Shown here: one piece after another, positions 14,026 through 25,090 of the stretch
Layout of the letters: every line of letters starts with the position of its first letter
Numbering within the stretch: position 1 is the first letter of the stretch
Origin: Camelus ferus
Taxonomy: Eukaryota
Assembly (NCBI RefSeq): GCF_009834535.1
Contig: NC_045720.1
Coordinates: 1,364,001 to 1,428,000 of the forward strand
Length of the DNA stretch: 64,000 bases
Reading direction: 5' to 3'
The notes under the pieces: generated by a model
The model's database searches: none
Seen by the model: the letters and a program-made list of their open reading frames with translations, nothing else
What the model was told of the DNA's origin: nothing
Translations under genes and position numbers: made by a program

Positions 14026-14029
14026 CCAT

Positions 14030-14454
14030 CCCATTTGACCTTGGCCCAAGGGACGGCTGACCCTAGCCCCTCCCCACCTGACTGCAGACTTTGGTGAAGG
14101 TGCTACTCTACTCCCTGGGTCTAAGTGCCGCCGTGTTCGCCAGGCCCGAGCGCTACCATCCCCAGCGCTGGCTGGACCACCAGGACTCTGGCATCAGGTT
14201 CCCGCACCTGGCCTTTGGCTCTGGCGTGTGCCAGTGCCTGGGGCGGCGCCTGGCAGAGGTGGAGATGCACCACATGAGTGGGCCTCGGTGGGCCCTGGCG
14301 GGCAGCCCGCTTGCAGATCCCAGGCTTCTGCCCCTAGGACGCCCAGCCCCAGGGCCCTGGACAGAACCCTGCCTCTGTCCTAGGTGCTGGAAAACTTCCT
14401 GGTGGAGTCACTGGTGCAAGAGGACATCAAGATGGTCTACTGCTTCATACTGAT
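14030..14454 (+). pseudogene. CYP11B1: CYP11B pseudogene fragment: intron 7 tail, exon 8 (14088-14273), intron 8, 5' part of exon 9 (14384-14454)
   Basis: Aligns to 34322-34781; heme motif FGFGVRQC changed to FGSGVCQC, 12-nt deletion, donor GT>AT at 14274, exon 9 truncated, no exons 1-7 in window. Confidence 0.95.
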
Positions 14455-14860
14455 TTATAAGTACTGTGTCTAATGGAGTCGTCCAGCAATATCTCAAGAT
14501 ACAAGTACATGATCCAAAATCAGTCGTATTTCTCTTCATTTGTAATGCCAAATCTGAAAATTAAGAAATCCATTCCATTTGCAAGAGCATGAAAAAGAGT
14601 GTAACACCTAGGAATTAAAAGATGTTCTAAATTTATACTCAGAAAATGACAAAGCACCGTGGAAAGAAATTAAAGAAGAGCTACAGAGTTGGAAAGCATC
14701 CTGCACCCACGAATCAGAAGATGCTGTCTTGCTCCCGTGGCGACACTCCTCATACAGGTCTCCAGACTCGCTGCAACCCCTATGAAGACTCCAGCGGACT
14801 CCTTCGTAGAAAGTGCCAGGCTGATTCTAAAATTCACAGGGAACGCAAGGAAACTAGAAA
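14455..14860 (+). mobile_element. L1 ORF2 fragment, paralogue of ~39470-39875
   Basis: Direct sequence match (aatggagtcgtccagcaatatctcaagatacaagtacatgatcc...). Confidence 0.9.
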
Positions 14861-15062
14861 AGTGGTCCTGGACCAGTCTTCCCGCGGGCATGTAGACTAT
14901 GCCCTGGGGCTGTTTCGTTTTTGACTAAAATACTCAATCTCTGTTCCCTCAAGTGGCAATATACTTTTGTCCGTGTGTGAGTGGTGCCTAACAAGGAAAA
15001 CAATGGATCAGAGCTAACACCACAAAGAAATCCGAGTACACAATACCCAAACCATCATGCTC

Positions 15063-15068
15063 TTTATT
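15063..15068 (-). terminator. GML: GML polyadenylation signal AATAAA
   Basis: tttatt on + strand about 140 nt past the stop codon. Confidence 0.65.
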
Positions 15069-15209
15069 TCTCCCTCCAAACAAGCCCTAAATGGGTGACT
15101 TGCCAACTGGGGACCCCGTGGGTCACTGTCTCTGGCTCACAAAAGAGCAAAGGACAGCCAACTGGCTCTGGGGAATGGGGAGGTGGTAAGACCCTCCAAA
15201 GGCAGCTTC

Positions 15210-15505
15210 TCATGTCAGTGTATTGCTGACCGCAATGGAGGCAAAGCTCAGGAAAAATGTTGACTGCCCTAATCGCACAGTTCCTTCCAATTCTTCCTCA
15301 ACTGTCATTTCGGGGAGGATGTCCCTCTCAAGATTACTAATACCCCCCTCGTTGCAGGTCATACTATTACAGCAATGAACAAAATAGAAAGAGTTAGAAC
15401 GAAAGTATTTTCTCCTGGGGGCTTCAGGAGGCTGCTGAGAGGGGTGCACAAATGTGCAGTTGTTTGTGCAGTTCTTGTAAACGAATAATTCACGTTCATC
15501 GTAAC
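15210..15505 (-). CDS. GML: GML last coding exon (C-terminal LU domain, CCNSMTCN, GPI signal)
   Basis: YDERELFVYKNCTNNCTFVHPSQQPPEAP...CCNSMTCNEGG..NLERDIL..FLSFASIAVSNTLT*; ttttttag acceptor, phase 1. Confidence 0.96.
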
Positions 15506-16209
15506 CTAAAAAAGTAAAGATGACAATCATTGATTTCTCGTTTTCTGCTTGCAAATATCAAAGCACGTTTATCTTAACTAGCTCCATCCCTCACGTGTTG
15601 TTACACTGCCTGAAATTCTTGATTGAGAAGACAATCCAAGTCCACTAAGGGTTCGGTGACTCCATGACACCTTCTCCTGGAGATGTTGTCTCGCTACACT
15701 GCCACCTCATCTCTGTATCTGGCCTCCCTATGAAGCTTCCTGGTGCCTGGTCACGGAGCTGTACAAACGCATCGTCCTGTTCACCATTTGCTCTAAGAAT
15801 TCTAGGGATCCGGAAGCAGAACGGAGCCCAGGAAACATGTTTTGCTGATGTCCCAAGGGCACACAGGCCCTCCAAGCAGAGGGCCCTTGCCATCTGGCCT
15901 CCAGCTGACTTTCTGCAGCTGGCCTCACCCTGCTAGAACAGGCTCCCGCCGCACCCCTCTGCCTGCCGTTCCCCGCCCCCGGCCCAGCACGGAGGCTGAC
16001 GCACAATCACATCCACCTGCTCCCCAGTGCAGCCCTGGTGCCCCGTCCCAAGTACAGTCCCACTGGGACGCCTGTGAGCGCCTTCGCTGGAGGACTGGCC
16101 AGTGACCTCGACCAGCCAAAGCCCTGTTCAGGCTCCACCTGAGGCCTGGCTCGAGAGTCCCTGAGTTAAGCTGCCGCGGCCTCACTCACCAGTTCTGTGC
16201 CCCTGGCCT

Positions 16210-17200
16210 CACACAGACACCTCCTCCCGGAGCTCACCAGGGGCACCTACCCACTCGCGCGGCCTCGCCTGCCTCAGAAAGTGCTGACGGCTGCGCCCCA
16301 GGCACCTGCTTTCCTTGATTTTCCGTTTGTGCCAAAGAGCTTGCTAAAGACCCACATTCTACAGAAAAGCGCACAATCGCAGGGCGACAGCTTCACGGAC
16401 CCTCCCGAAGCGCACGTAACCGCAGAGCAGCATCCTGCTCGAGAAGCAGGCCTGGGTGGAAAGCCCCGCATTCCTCCCTCCGTTCCTCGACTCAGGCACG
16501 AGACGCGCCACGGCCAGAGGCGAGGAGGAAGCGCCCGGCTTTCCGAGCCTCCACGTGACTCGGCCTGCTTTTGAATCAACGGAAAGGAAATCCACCTGCG
16601 CTGCTCGTTTTTGCGTCTGCCGCCTCTTCTCTGCGGGGCTCTGTGCGGTCCGGCCCTGCCCCTGGCGAGGCCGCGCGGCGCTCCCTCTCGCGGTTGCGTA
16701 CTTTCCACCGATGGACACACCTCACTTCACTGCGGATGGACACGGGGCTGCTTCTGGGTTTTATCGAGCCCAGGGGGGTGCTGCAGCGAGTACTCTTGTC
16801 CTTGTCTTGGGGGTGGGGTGGGGGACGTGCGAGTCTCACGAAGTGTGTGTCAGGGCTGGCGACGCTGGGCCTCTGCTGCGCTCACGGGCGGACGCTGTTC
16901 ATGAGCCTTCCGACCGCTTGTGCCTGTTCACGCTCCAAAGGAGCGCGCACAGGTCAGCGTCTCGCCACGTGCTGGGCTTTGAATAGTCAGTCATTCCTTC
17001 TGCAGTCATCGTATCACGCGTTTATATTGCATTTTCACCAAAAAGAATCACGTCCAAAGATCTCTGTTTTATTTGTTACCGGTTCAGAACTCATTTTCTG
17101 GCAAACTGCCTTCATGCCTTTTGCTCAAATTTCTACTGGGTGATCAGCTATTTTAGTTACTGATTGGACGGAAGAGGTTCTTTCTGCATTAAATACAGTC
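16210..17200 (-). mobile_element. CpG-rich antisense L1 3'-end relic in GML intron
   Basis: gatggacacggggctgcttctgggtttt resembles the antisense L1 motif gatggacatttgggttgtttccagtttt and runs into tgccttttgctcaaatttctactggg. Confidence 0.55.
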
Positions 17201-19292
17201 TATATTTCATTTCCACTCTTCCGCTGTAAAATCACTAATGAAGTGTGAGCCCATGAAACCCTAGGCCCCAACCTTGACTCCCTAAAAACAGAGCCCCAGC
17301 CCAGCCCTCGTTCTGTCTCCTGCAGACCTCGCACTGTGCCTCTAGGTGTCCCCTGCAGGCCAACAAGCCTCCTCCCCACTCCAGGGCAGGGTCAGCTTCG
17401 TCACAAAGCCTCTACGTGGACACTCTGCTTCCTGCGTTCGCCCTCCTCCTCTACTGGTCTGTCTTCGATCCCGAGCCCAGCACCACTCCGTCCTAGTGAA
17501 CGGAGCGGCGTAAGTGCTCTCGGTACTTGACAGCGCTGGGTCCCCAGCGCTTTTCTTCTCCCACTAGGCTGCTTTGGTTATTCCTAACCCTTTCCACTTC
17601 CACAGATGTTTGAACATCTGGAATCAGCTTTTAGCGCGCGCGGGCACACACCCTGCTGAGATTCTGGTTACAACTTTATTGAGTTTGTAGATTAATCTTG
17701 GCTCTGTAGGGGGTCTTGATCCACAAGCTCGGTTTGTCCTTCTGTCAGTTTAAGGGTTTCACTTCAATAGTGATTCTGCAGTTTCAGTGTGGAAATTCTG
17801 CACAAATCTAGTTGGATTTCTTCCCAGGTAGTGAGTGATATCTTGGTGCTTGTAAACAAGCTATGCTTTTTAGTAAATTTCATTTTCAATTTGTCAGTAG
17901 GGGCCTGTAAAAACAAAACTGACTTTTAAAATTGATTCTTGAATATTGACCTTCTATCCAGGGCCCTTTGTAAATTCACTTGTTTTTTCCAAAGCTTGTG
18001 GTTTTCAGTGACTAGTAGCAGTGTAATTCCTGTCTTTCCAATCACCATGTATGTTATTTCTTGCTCTGGCCTACGTGAACCAACAATGAACTTGGTTCCA
18101 TGGGGAGCAGAGGTGGTGACAGCAGGCATCATACCCCTCTGTGACTCAGGAAAAAAACTTTTCACATTCTCGTTGAACTACCACTATTCTATGAGAGAAA
18201 ATTTCCCTTCTGCTTCCATTTCCTCACAGGTTTCTTCCTAACTGGGAAATGCTGTTGGGTTTTATCACAAAGTTTTCAGCCTGTTGGTCATCACTCCACG
18301 ATGTTTCATTTTCCCTTTATTCATGCGATGAACTAAACTAGTGGGTTTCAAACTGTAAGGCACCATGCAGTTCTGTGATTGCTCCCCTCCTGTGTGCCAT
18401 TGCCATGGCTTACGTGGCGAGGGCGCCTTCATCCCAGATGATGAATGAATATTGACAAATTCTTCTCAGCTCAAGTCCACGCTTCATTCAGAGGTTGCTC
18501 ATCTTCCCTAGTGTTCCTGTCCTGACTCAGGATCCCATCCCCGAAAGGCACGTGTCAGAGCTCCTGCAGCTCATGCAGACCCGGGTTCTACTGGCTGGAG
18601 TCTGGCAGGTGTCTCTGCGTCTCTAGGCACAAGAGACGACCGTCAGCGATTCCCCACTCTCCCGGTGTCTTTGTTGGGTGTGTGTCGGGTGTACGCTGTG
18701 ACCGTGAGCATGCTGGTGAGAGGCTCCTCCCTGCTTTTGCGGAAGGGGTTGTGTAAGCTTGGGGTGACTCCTCCCATGATACTAGCGAGGTATTGCCAGG
18801 GAAGCAATCTCTGGCTCACAGAGTTTTTAGAAAGGACTCAGGGCACTTCAGTCTTACATTCTCATTGCCAGAAAGAGGTGGTTAACAGCGTTTTTCAAGT
18901 TTTTGTTCGTTTCATCAGGAATGTCGCATTTATCACAGGGAGTATATTCATAACAGCCACGTTTTCTTTATAAGGCCTGTGAGGGCACCAACTGACGCCT
19001 CCCCTCCCATTTCTGATGTTGGCTATGCAAATTTCATTTTATTTAATTTTTGTTCATTTCTTACTCTGTTTTACAAATAACATGAATCTTTCCAAAAAAC
19101 CAACTCTGGCTTTGTGGATTTACCTCTTGTTCATTTCTGAGCCAACTCCTGGGAACATGGTCTCGGGATGGAGACACAGCAGGCCAAGGCCATGGGCTGG
19201 GTGCAGAGAAAGAACACACTGGCCCTGCCCCTGAAACTTCCCAGGTGGAGTGACTAGTTCACCAGGTGGAGGAAAGACAAATTGGTACTTAC

Positions 19293-19400
19293 GAGATGAG
19301 ATGGTCAAACAGCGCCTAATTTCATAAGGACAGACTCTAATATTTGAACAATAGAAGGTGTTCGTGACCCAACAATCATAGCATTTCAAATTATAGGTCC
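19293..19400 (-). CDS. GML: GML second coding exon (N-terminal LU domain)
   Basis: (W)TYNLKCYDCWVTNTFYCSNIRVCPYEIRRCLTISS(R); 108 nt, ctctag acceptor, GTAAGT donor, phase 1/1. Confidence 0.96.
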
Positions 19401-20017
19401 CTAGAGAAAAAGAGAGCGGTGTCAGTCAGGCTCCTGTCCAACGTGCCTTTTTCCTCTACCTTTCCACCCACCACACCCCTCCAGCAGCTGGCCCCTTCCC
19501 TCAGCATCAGAGGACATCCTGAGGCCTGCCCTGCTCAGCCCTCGCTGGGCTGTGTGTCAGGGCAGGGCTACCTCCCTGCACAGAAGCCTGGTATACCCAG
19601 GACATTTTCTTGTTCTCAGACACAGGTTCTCAGGAACGCCTGCAGGTGGCCAGGTGTGTGAACCCTCCGCTCTATTGATTGGACCCACCTTTTCAAGGAA
19701 GGCCTGAGAATCTATGAGGCCACCCGCCCCGAATTCCCTGCACTCAGCCACCCCTGCTTGTTCCAGATGGGGAAGGGCCCCAGCTAGAGACACCACCCTC
19801 TCCGGTCCCTGGGTCCACAGGTCCTTGGAGAAAGCCTTCCTCCATCCTGACCCTCCCCTTGCTCACGGACACTCTCTAGTCCACCCTGTGGTCACCAGCT
19901 GCAATGGCAGTGGAGATCTCAGCTGGCTAAGATGATGAAAACTCCATTCAGACCCTTACCATGACCCCAATTCAGTGAAGCCTCCTCCCCTCTAAGGCAG
20001 AGAAGACTGATACTCAC

Positions 20018-20084
20018 AGGCTTCAGGATCAATGTCACCGTGTGGCCACCCCATGAAGAGGAGGAAGGCAAAGAGGAGCTTCAT
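20018..20084 (-). CDS. GML: GML first coding exon (signal peptide)
   Basis: MKLLFAFLLFMGWPHGDIDPEA+T; GTGAGT donor; acceptor 18 nt before ATG; 67+108+296=471 nt open frame (156 aa, 10 LU Cys). Confidence 0.92.
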
Positions 20085-22353
20085 CCCTGTGGGAGCTTGA
20101 ACCTGGAGGGAGGAGATCCAGGGTGCAAGTCAGCGAGGGCAGGGCTCCTTGTAGGGGCTTCTGGGCTCCCAGCTCCAACCAGCACGTGGGTCCCCACCTC
20201 CCGCTCTGGGCTGAGTGCTCCTCCGGGCAGGACCTGGCCAGCAGGCCTTTGCCACACACAAAGGCTTTGCCAAGCTCAAGCCTTCATCTCAGACCAAGAC
20301 ATCCTTCCTGCTCTCCATCTGGCAGAGCACAGCCAGGGCAGCGAGGTCCTGCGGCTGTTTCCACGCGGACCACACCCCAGGGCCGCACACCCTCAAGTGT
20401 TTCTCCTTATCTACTCGTTGACGCCCCACCTCAAGAGCAACCTGGGGAAAGTGCTGGAACATTGTCCTTTGAGGTATTTCCTGCCTGTACAAGGACCATG
20501 ACACACGTAGGGCTGGGGACCAGAGGAGGGGAACTAGTAATGAAGATGCCAGAAGCCTAACTTGCCCTGTGGCTAGGAAGTGTGGACCTCATGCAGTCCT
20601 GTCTCCCTGGGCCTGGGCATCACAGAGCCCTAAATGACTGCCGGGGGCAGGGGGGCCTGGGGCTCCTCACGCCTGAGCCAGGACACTAGCACTTGCTGGA
20701 GGGGCAGCCCCCAGGCACCAGGCAGTGCCTGCACCTGAAACATCACTTGTGGGGACCCACCTGCACCCTCACCGCTGCCAATGCCTATGGCCTCTGGGGA
20801 ACCTGCCTCCCCCAGCCCCAGGCAGCCTCGCTCCCTGGGGCGCCCCTTCTCCCTTGCCGGGAGCGTGACATGCTCTCGGCGCTCTGTGCGGCTCCTCTCT
20901 GAGGGGAGCTCCTCGTCTGCTGCCGCCTGTCAACCCGAGGAGACCCACCCGGGTGGTGGCAGCCCTTGGCATGCAACCCCCACGGATCCAGCTGAGGGGC
21001 CCCCGACGGGGTCTGACTGTGCAGCAGGCAGCCATGCCCCTGAGGTGGGCACCCAGAGGTCCTGCCCCCGGCCCCCTGCTTTCCTAAGTGCAGCTCTCAA
21101 CCCAGCTGCAGCCCAGGCCTTCCCACTTGGGAAGCTCCCGAGTACGGAGAATCGGGGTGAAGGTGGGTCAGCGCCAGGGCCCTGGAGGGGCTGCTCCTTT
21201 GACCAGCCAGCCCGCCCCCAGTGTGGACCCCCAACCTCTCCAGGCACAGATCCTCGTCCCCTGCAGCCCCTTCCCACTCGGTGCTGCCTGCCTTCCCTGC
21301 ATCTGTCCCTTCCCTCAGCCACACTTGCTCCCGGGCCGGTCTCGTGAGCAGCTAGTGACCCAGAGCCAACGTAGTGAGGCCCTCTTCTCCCACTCGCCAC
21401 ACCAGACACTCCGGACATTTCTGTGCTGCAAATACCCAGAGAAGATGCTGACCACAACCCGTCAGATGTCTTCACGGACGCCCCACTGAGGTCTTTAGAC
21501 AGATGGGAAATACCCAAGGGCTCAGATGTGGGACGCGGCAGAAATCAGACTGGAAAGTGTCCAGAAGCAACATGACTGCCGGCACCGTCTGTGAACGGCC
21601 TGTGCTCAGAGATTCAGGGTCTGACAGCTGAACAGGTCCTGGAAATAAAGCCAGGGCCCCTGAAAAGTGGAGAGTGGGAACTGAGATCCTCACACAGAAC
21701 AGGATTCATCCAAGAGTGAAAGTGTCACAGAGCAAAATGAACCACACTGTCTAAGATCGGCTTGGGCAGAGTCAACTCTTCCTGGCTTCCCATCGCCCAG
21801 AGACAGAATCCCGTGCCCTCAGCACAAACCATGCAACCTCCCAGAAAGCTGCCGATCTGAGAGCTGCATGGAGCTCAGGCTGAAGACAGAAACTCCCACG
21901 TGCACAGGCAACAGGAGCAGGAGTTACAGATGTGAGAGGCTCTCAGTCACAACGCAGCAGAGTCAGCCCAGACGTCGCCAGGGGCCGCTCAGCGCTGCCA
22001 CCCACCCCACCCACACCCCACCCGGCTTGGGTCCTGAGCCGACGGAGTGGCCGGGCCCTCCCACAGCCTCCCTGCCAGAGGAGAGAGCAGGCATCCTCTG
22101 TGGTAACAAAGCCACCAACGTGCTGGCCAGGGTCTATGCAAGTCCAGAGTCTCTGTGAAAAACCACAAGACGCAGAAGAGGCAGGACTGGAGGACTGCTA
22201 TGCAAGAAAGCAGCGGTAGAAGGCAACCCCAGTTCACCCAGAGGCTGATGTCAGCATCTAAGTGCTTGTAATTCATTATAATGAAAATATAAGGAGAAAG
22301 TGGTAACAAAAACGATTTTAAAAACATGAAAATCTTCAACAGTGAAACGACAT

Positions 22354-22843
22354 TGATGGGGCTCAGGGCAGACAGCCCCCAAATTTGTGAAGATAGTGTA
22401 TTGATTACTTGGAATTAAAGTTGCTTGAGAAACATCCAGTATAGGAGGAACACTCTGAGCCTCCTTGCTTCCCCTGCAAGCAGGAAAGAACGTCCCCCGG
22501 GGAATGCATCCTCCCTACGTGGGAAGGGTTGGAGGGCATCCTTATCATCAAAGACGGGGATTTTGCGCTGACCAAGGTGCAAAAAGGAACCTTGTCACTT
22601 CTTCATTAATTTGCTACCCCCAGCAAAAATTCATTTGTTTTTATCAAATCTTCACACATCATTGATTCTCTGTCTAAAATGTATATAAACTGTCTCACTC
22701 AGTCCCTTTTTTAGGTCCTATACCTATGGGGCCTCCTTACCTTCAAAATTAAATGTTTCCTTCTGTTAATCTGTCTCATATCAATTTGATTAGACCAGCC
22801 AAAGGAACCTAGAGAGGTACAGGAAAAGCTTTCCTCCCCTACG
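22354..22843 (+). mobile_element. ERV1-type solo LTR in GML intron 1, antisense to GML
   Basis: TG start, TATA (gtatataaa ~22682), ATTAAA, end tttcctcccctacg; imperfect 4-bp TSD acat/tcat. Confidence 0.75.
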
Positions 22844-22849
22844 TCATCA

Positions 22850-24010
22850 AGAGAATCAAACAGACATTCTGAAACAGAAAAAATATCTAACAGCAAAAAA
22901 CTCACTGGAAGGGATGCACAGCCAAGCAGACGCAGTGAAATACAACAGTGCAAAATGTGAAGACAGGCCCACAGGAAACACCCAAACTGACTCCCAGAGA
23001 GAGAGAAACAAGGGAGTGAACAGCACTGGGGAAACGAGACCCACAAACGAGAGTCCGACAGCCGCCATCCGCCGAGCCAGAGTCCTAGGAGGAGAGGACG
23101 GAGAAACAGACGCACATCTCTGAAGAGACGCTGGAGGACACAGCCCGCTCCCAGGATGAGCGCGGGGCATCAGCCCACAGCCCACAGAGCTCAGGGCGGC
23201 AGGGCCCAAGCAGAAGAGACATGAGGAAGACCAAACTCAGACGCACCGCAGCTGAACCGTGGGAAACGACGTTTAACCAGTGAGAGCTGGAACGCCTCCC
23301 AGTGGAAAGCCAGGCACAACTTAAGGCAGCAACAGTCCCACCGACTGCTGGTCCTTCAACACAAACCACGAGAAACAGAAAGCCTCAAGGACAATCACGC
23401 CTAAATGCTGTAGAAAGAAGACACCTGCCACCAAGACTTCTATTCTACTTAAGGGAAAATATACTTAAAAATGAAGACAAAATGAATATGGTTTGATGCA
23501 AAAAAGGTTCGGAAGCCTTCTTACCAGCAGATCTCACTACGAGAAACACTGACCGTGCAACAGGTTTAGACATAAGAGATACGACATCCAGAGCCCAAAG
23601 CCGAGGTAATGGGACTGAGATGCGGAAACAGCTCCGTTAGTCTCAGCCAGAGAAGACTTCAACATAAAGAGTCTCTCAAGAGATAAAGGGGTGTGGAGAA
23701 TTCATGTCCATCAGGCATTTTTGGAAACACAAGTCAGGGCACTGTTTCTACTACAGCCATCTTATGCAAGAGAATCAGTCACTTCACCTGCTCGGAAATT
23801 AAGAACACAATTTCAAATAATCAACACCCCCACGCACCCTCCCGATTATTCCCAGTAGAAAACACAAAACAGTTCGGGCAGCATGATAATAGACATATTA
23901 CAAGTCAAAACCAGAGCAAAATAGCCTCAAGCCCTGGCAGGAAAAGGAGGGCTGACAAGCATAATTAGAAGTGCACCAAGACTGAAGACTTAAGAATCGC
24001 CCTTCTCACG
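22850..24010 (+). mobile_element. Degraded L1 ORF1-region fragments
   Basis: A-rich + strand with L1-like motifs. Confidence 0.5.
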
Positions 24011-24240
24011 TTAAAAAACCAGGAAAGCGACACCAAACTCAACCAAAACACAGGGGCCCCGGAGAACAGAAAGCAGAAGCTGGAAGGTGGGGAGTCTGCC
24101 GCGTGGCAGGTGGGGGCTTGGGGACCCCGGAGTGGTACCGCAGATGGAGGCGCTTTGGGCTTTGGATGTCTGGCACCAGCGGGATCCCGGATCCGTGCTC
24201 CAGGGCATCACGGCTGAACCCCAGGACCAAAAGCACTGAC

Positions 24241-24290
24241 CTGAGGGCTAGCAGGAGCCTGCAGGACTGCCCCCCCCCCGCCTGCGCCCC
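24241..24290 (-). other. GML: Candidate non-coding exon 1 of GML
   Basis: CCTCAG/GTCAGT donor (GT at 24240-24239) immediately after the HSE minisatellite; same donor context at 47050; 5' boundary unknown. Confidence 0.45.
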
Positions 24291-24299
24291 GCCCAGACA

Positions 24300-24620
24300 G
24301 CTGGACGCTTCCCCCGCCCCCCTCCGGCCCCGGCCCCGGCCCCACTGCCCCACGGCCCCCACCCCCACCGGCCCCCACCCCCGCACGCCCGAGTCCCGCC
24401 CAGGCTTTCTGGAACCTTCCCCGTCCCCCAACCCCTATCCTGCCCAATCCTCTGGACGCTTCCCCTGCACCCCTCCGTCCCCATCCCCCACCGGCCCCCA
24501 CCCCCGCACGCCCGAGTCCCGCCCAGGCTTTCTGGAACCTTCCCCCACCCCCTCTGTCCCCTCCCGCCATCCCCGCCCCCACCCTGTTTCCCGCCCAGGC
24601 TTTCTGGAACCTTCCTCCGT
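24300..24620. repeat. GC-rich minisatellite with perfect HSE cores TTCtgGAAccTTC at 24407, 24530, 24602
   Basis: Repeated ccgcccaggctTTCtgGAAccTTCc with variable C-rich linkers; two degenerate units (ctggacgcttcc). Confidence 0.95.
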
Positions 24621-24793
24621 CCCCCTGCCCGACCCAGTTCCCCGCCCCGAGCTTTGTGACCTTCCGCGGACACGACCTCGAGGGCCCGCACAGCCGGTGT
24701 GGCGCGGGGAGCCGCAGGTGGGCGAGGGGAGGCCGGGCGGGCTCCAGGCCCCGTTCTCTCAGCGGCAGGTCGGACGGGCGTCTCCCGACAGGC

Positions 24794-24862
24794 TTCGCGC
24801 GGCTTCCGGAAGGTTCGGCCTGGTCTCGGGGCGGCCCCGTTCCCCAGAGGCGCTTCCCTGAA
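24794..24862. promoter_or_regulatory. Promoter core: perfect HSE TTCcgGAAggTTC (24804-24816) with an in-register upstream TTC (24794), and GAS-type TTCcctGAA (24854-24862)
   Basis: Exact motif matches inside a CpG island; function inferred. Confidence 0.6.
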
Positions 24863-24877
24863 GGGCCCTGCTGCAGG

Positions 24878-25090
24878 GGAGGTTCCAGAAGGTCTGGGCG
24901 GGAAACGGGGTTGGGGGGGACGGTGGGAGGGGACAGAGGGGGTGGGGGAAGAGTCTAGAGGTCTGGGCGGGACAGGGGTGGGGGAGGGGGAAGACAGTCC
25001 CAGAAGGTCTGGGCAGAACATGGGGAGAAGGGGAACTCCAGAGAGAACCTCTGGGGGAGGTTCCAGAAAGCCTGGGCAGGACTGGGGCAG
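24878..25090. repeat. Opposite-orientation, more degenerate arm of the same minisatellite
   Basis: ggttccagaaggtctgggcgggaaacggggttgggggg...gaggggacagagggg resembles the reverse complement of 24545-24610. Confidence 0.85.

Larger units (their letters stand above)
14870..16870 (+). repeat. Segmental direct duplication copy 1 (pairs with 42672-44672)
   Basis: Constant offset 27802 in all paired ORFs; about 13 substitutions counted by eye, no indels. Confidence 0.97.

Noticed and set aside
1-14029. Second full CYP11B (CYP11B2) upstream of the exon 8-9 fragment
   Set aside because: No match to exons 1-7 or the promoter seen; the fragment abuts L1 sequence at 14030
24300-24620. CRISPR-like look of the repeat (constant core with variable spacers), also at 46615-46992
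   Set aside because: Mammalian DNA, no cas genes, and the spacers are homologous low-complexity linkers, some exactly repeated: a minisatellite
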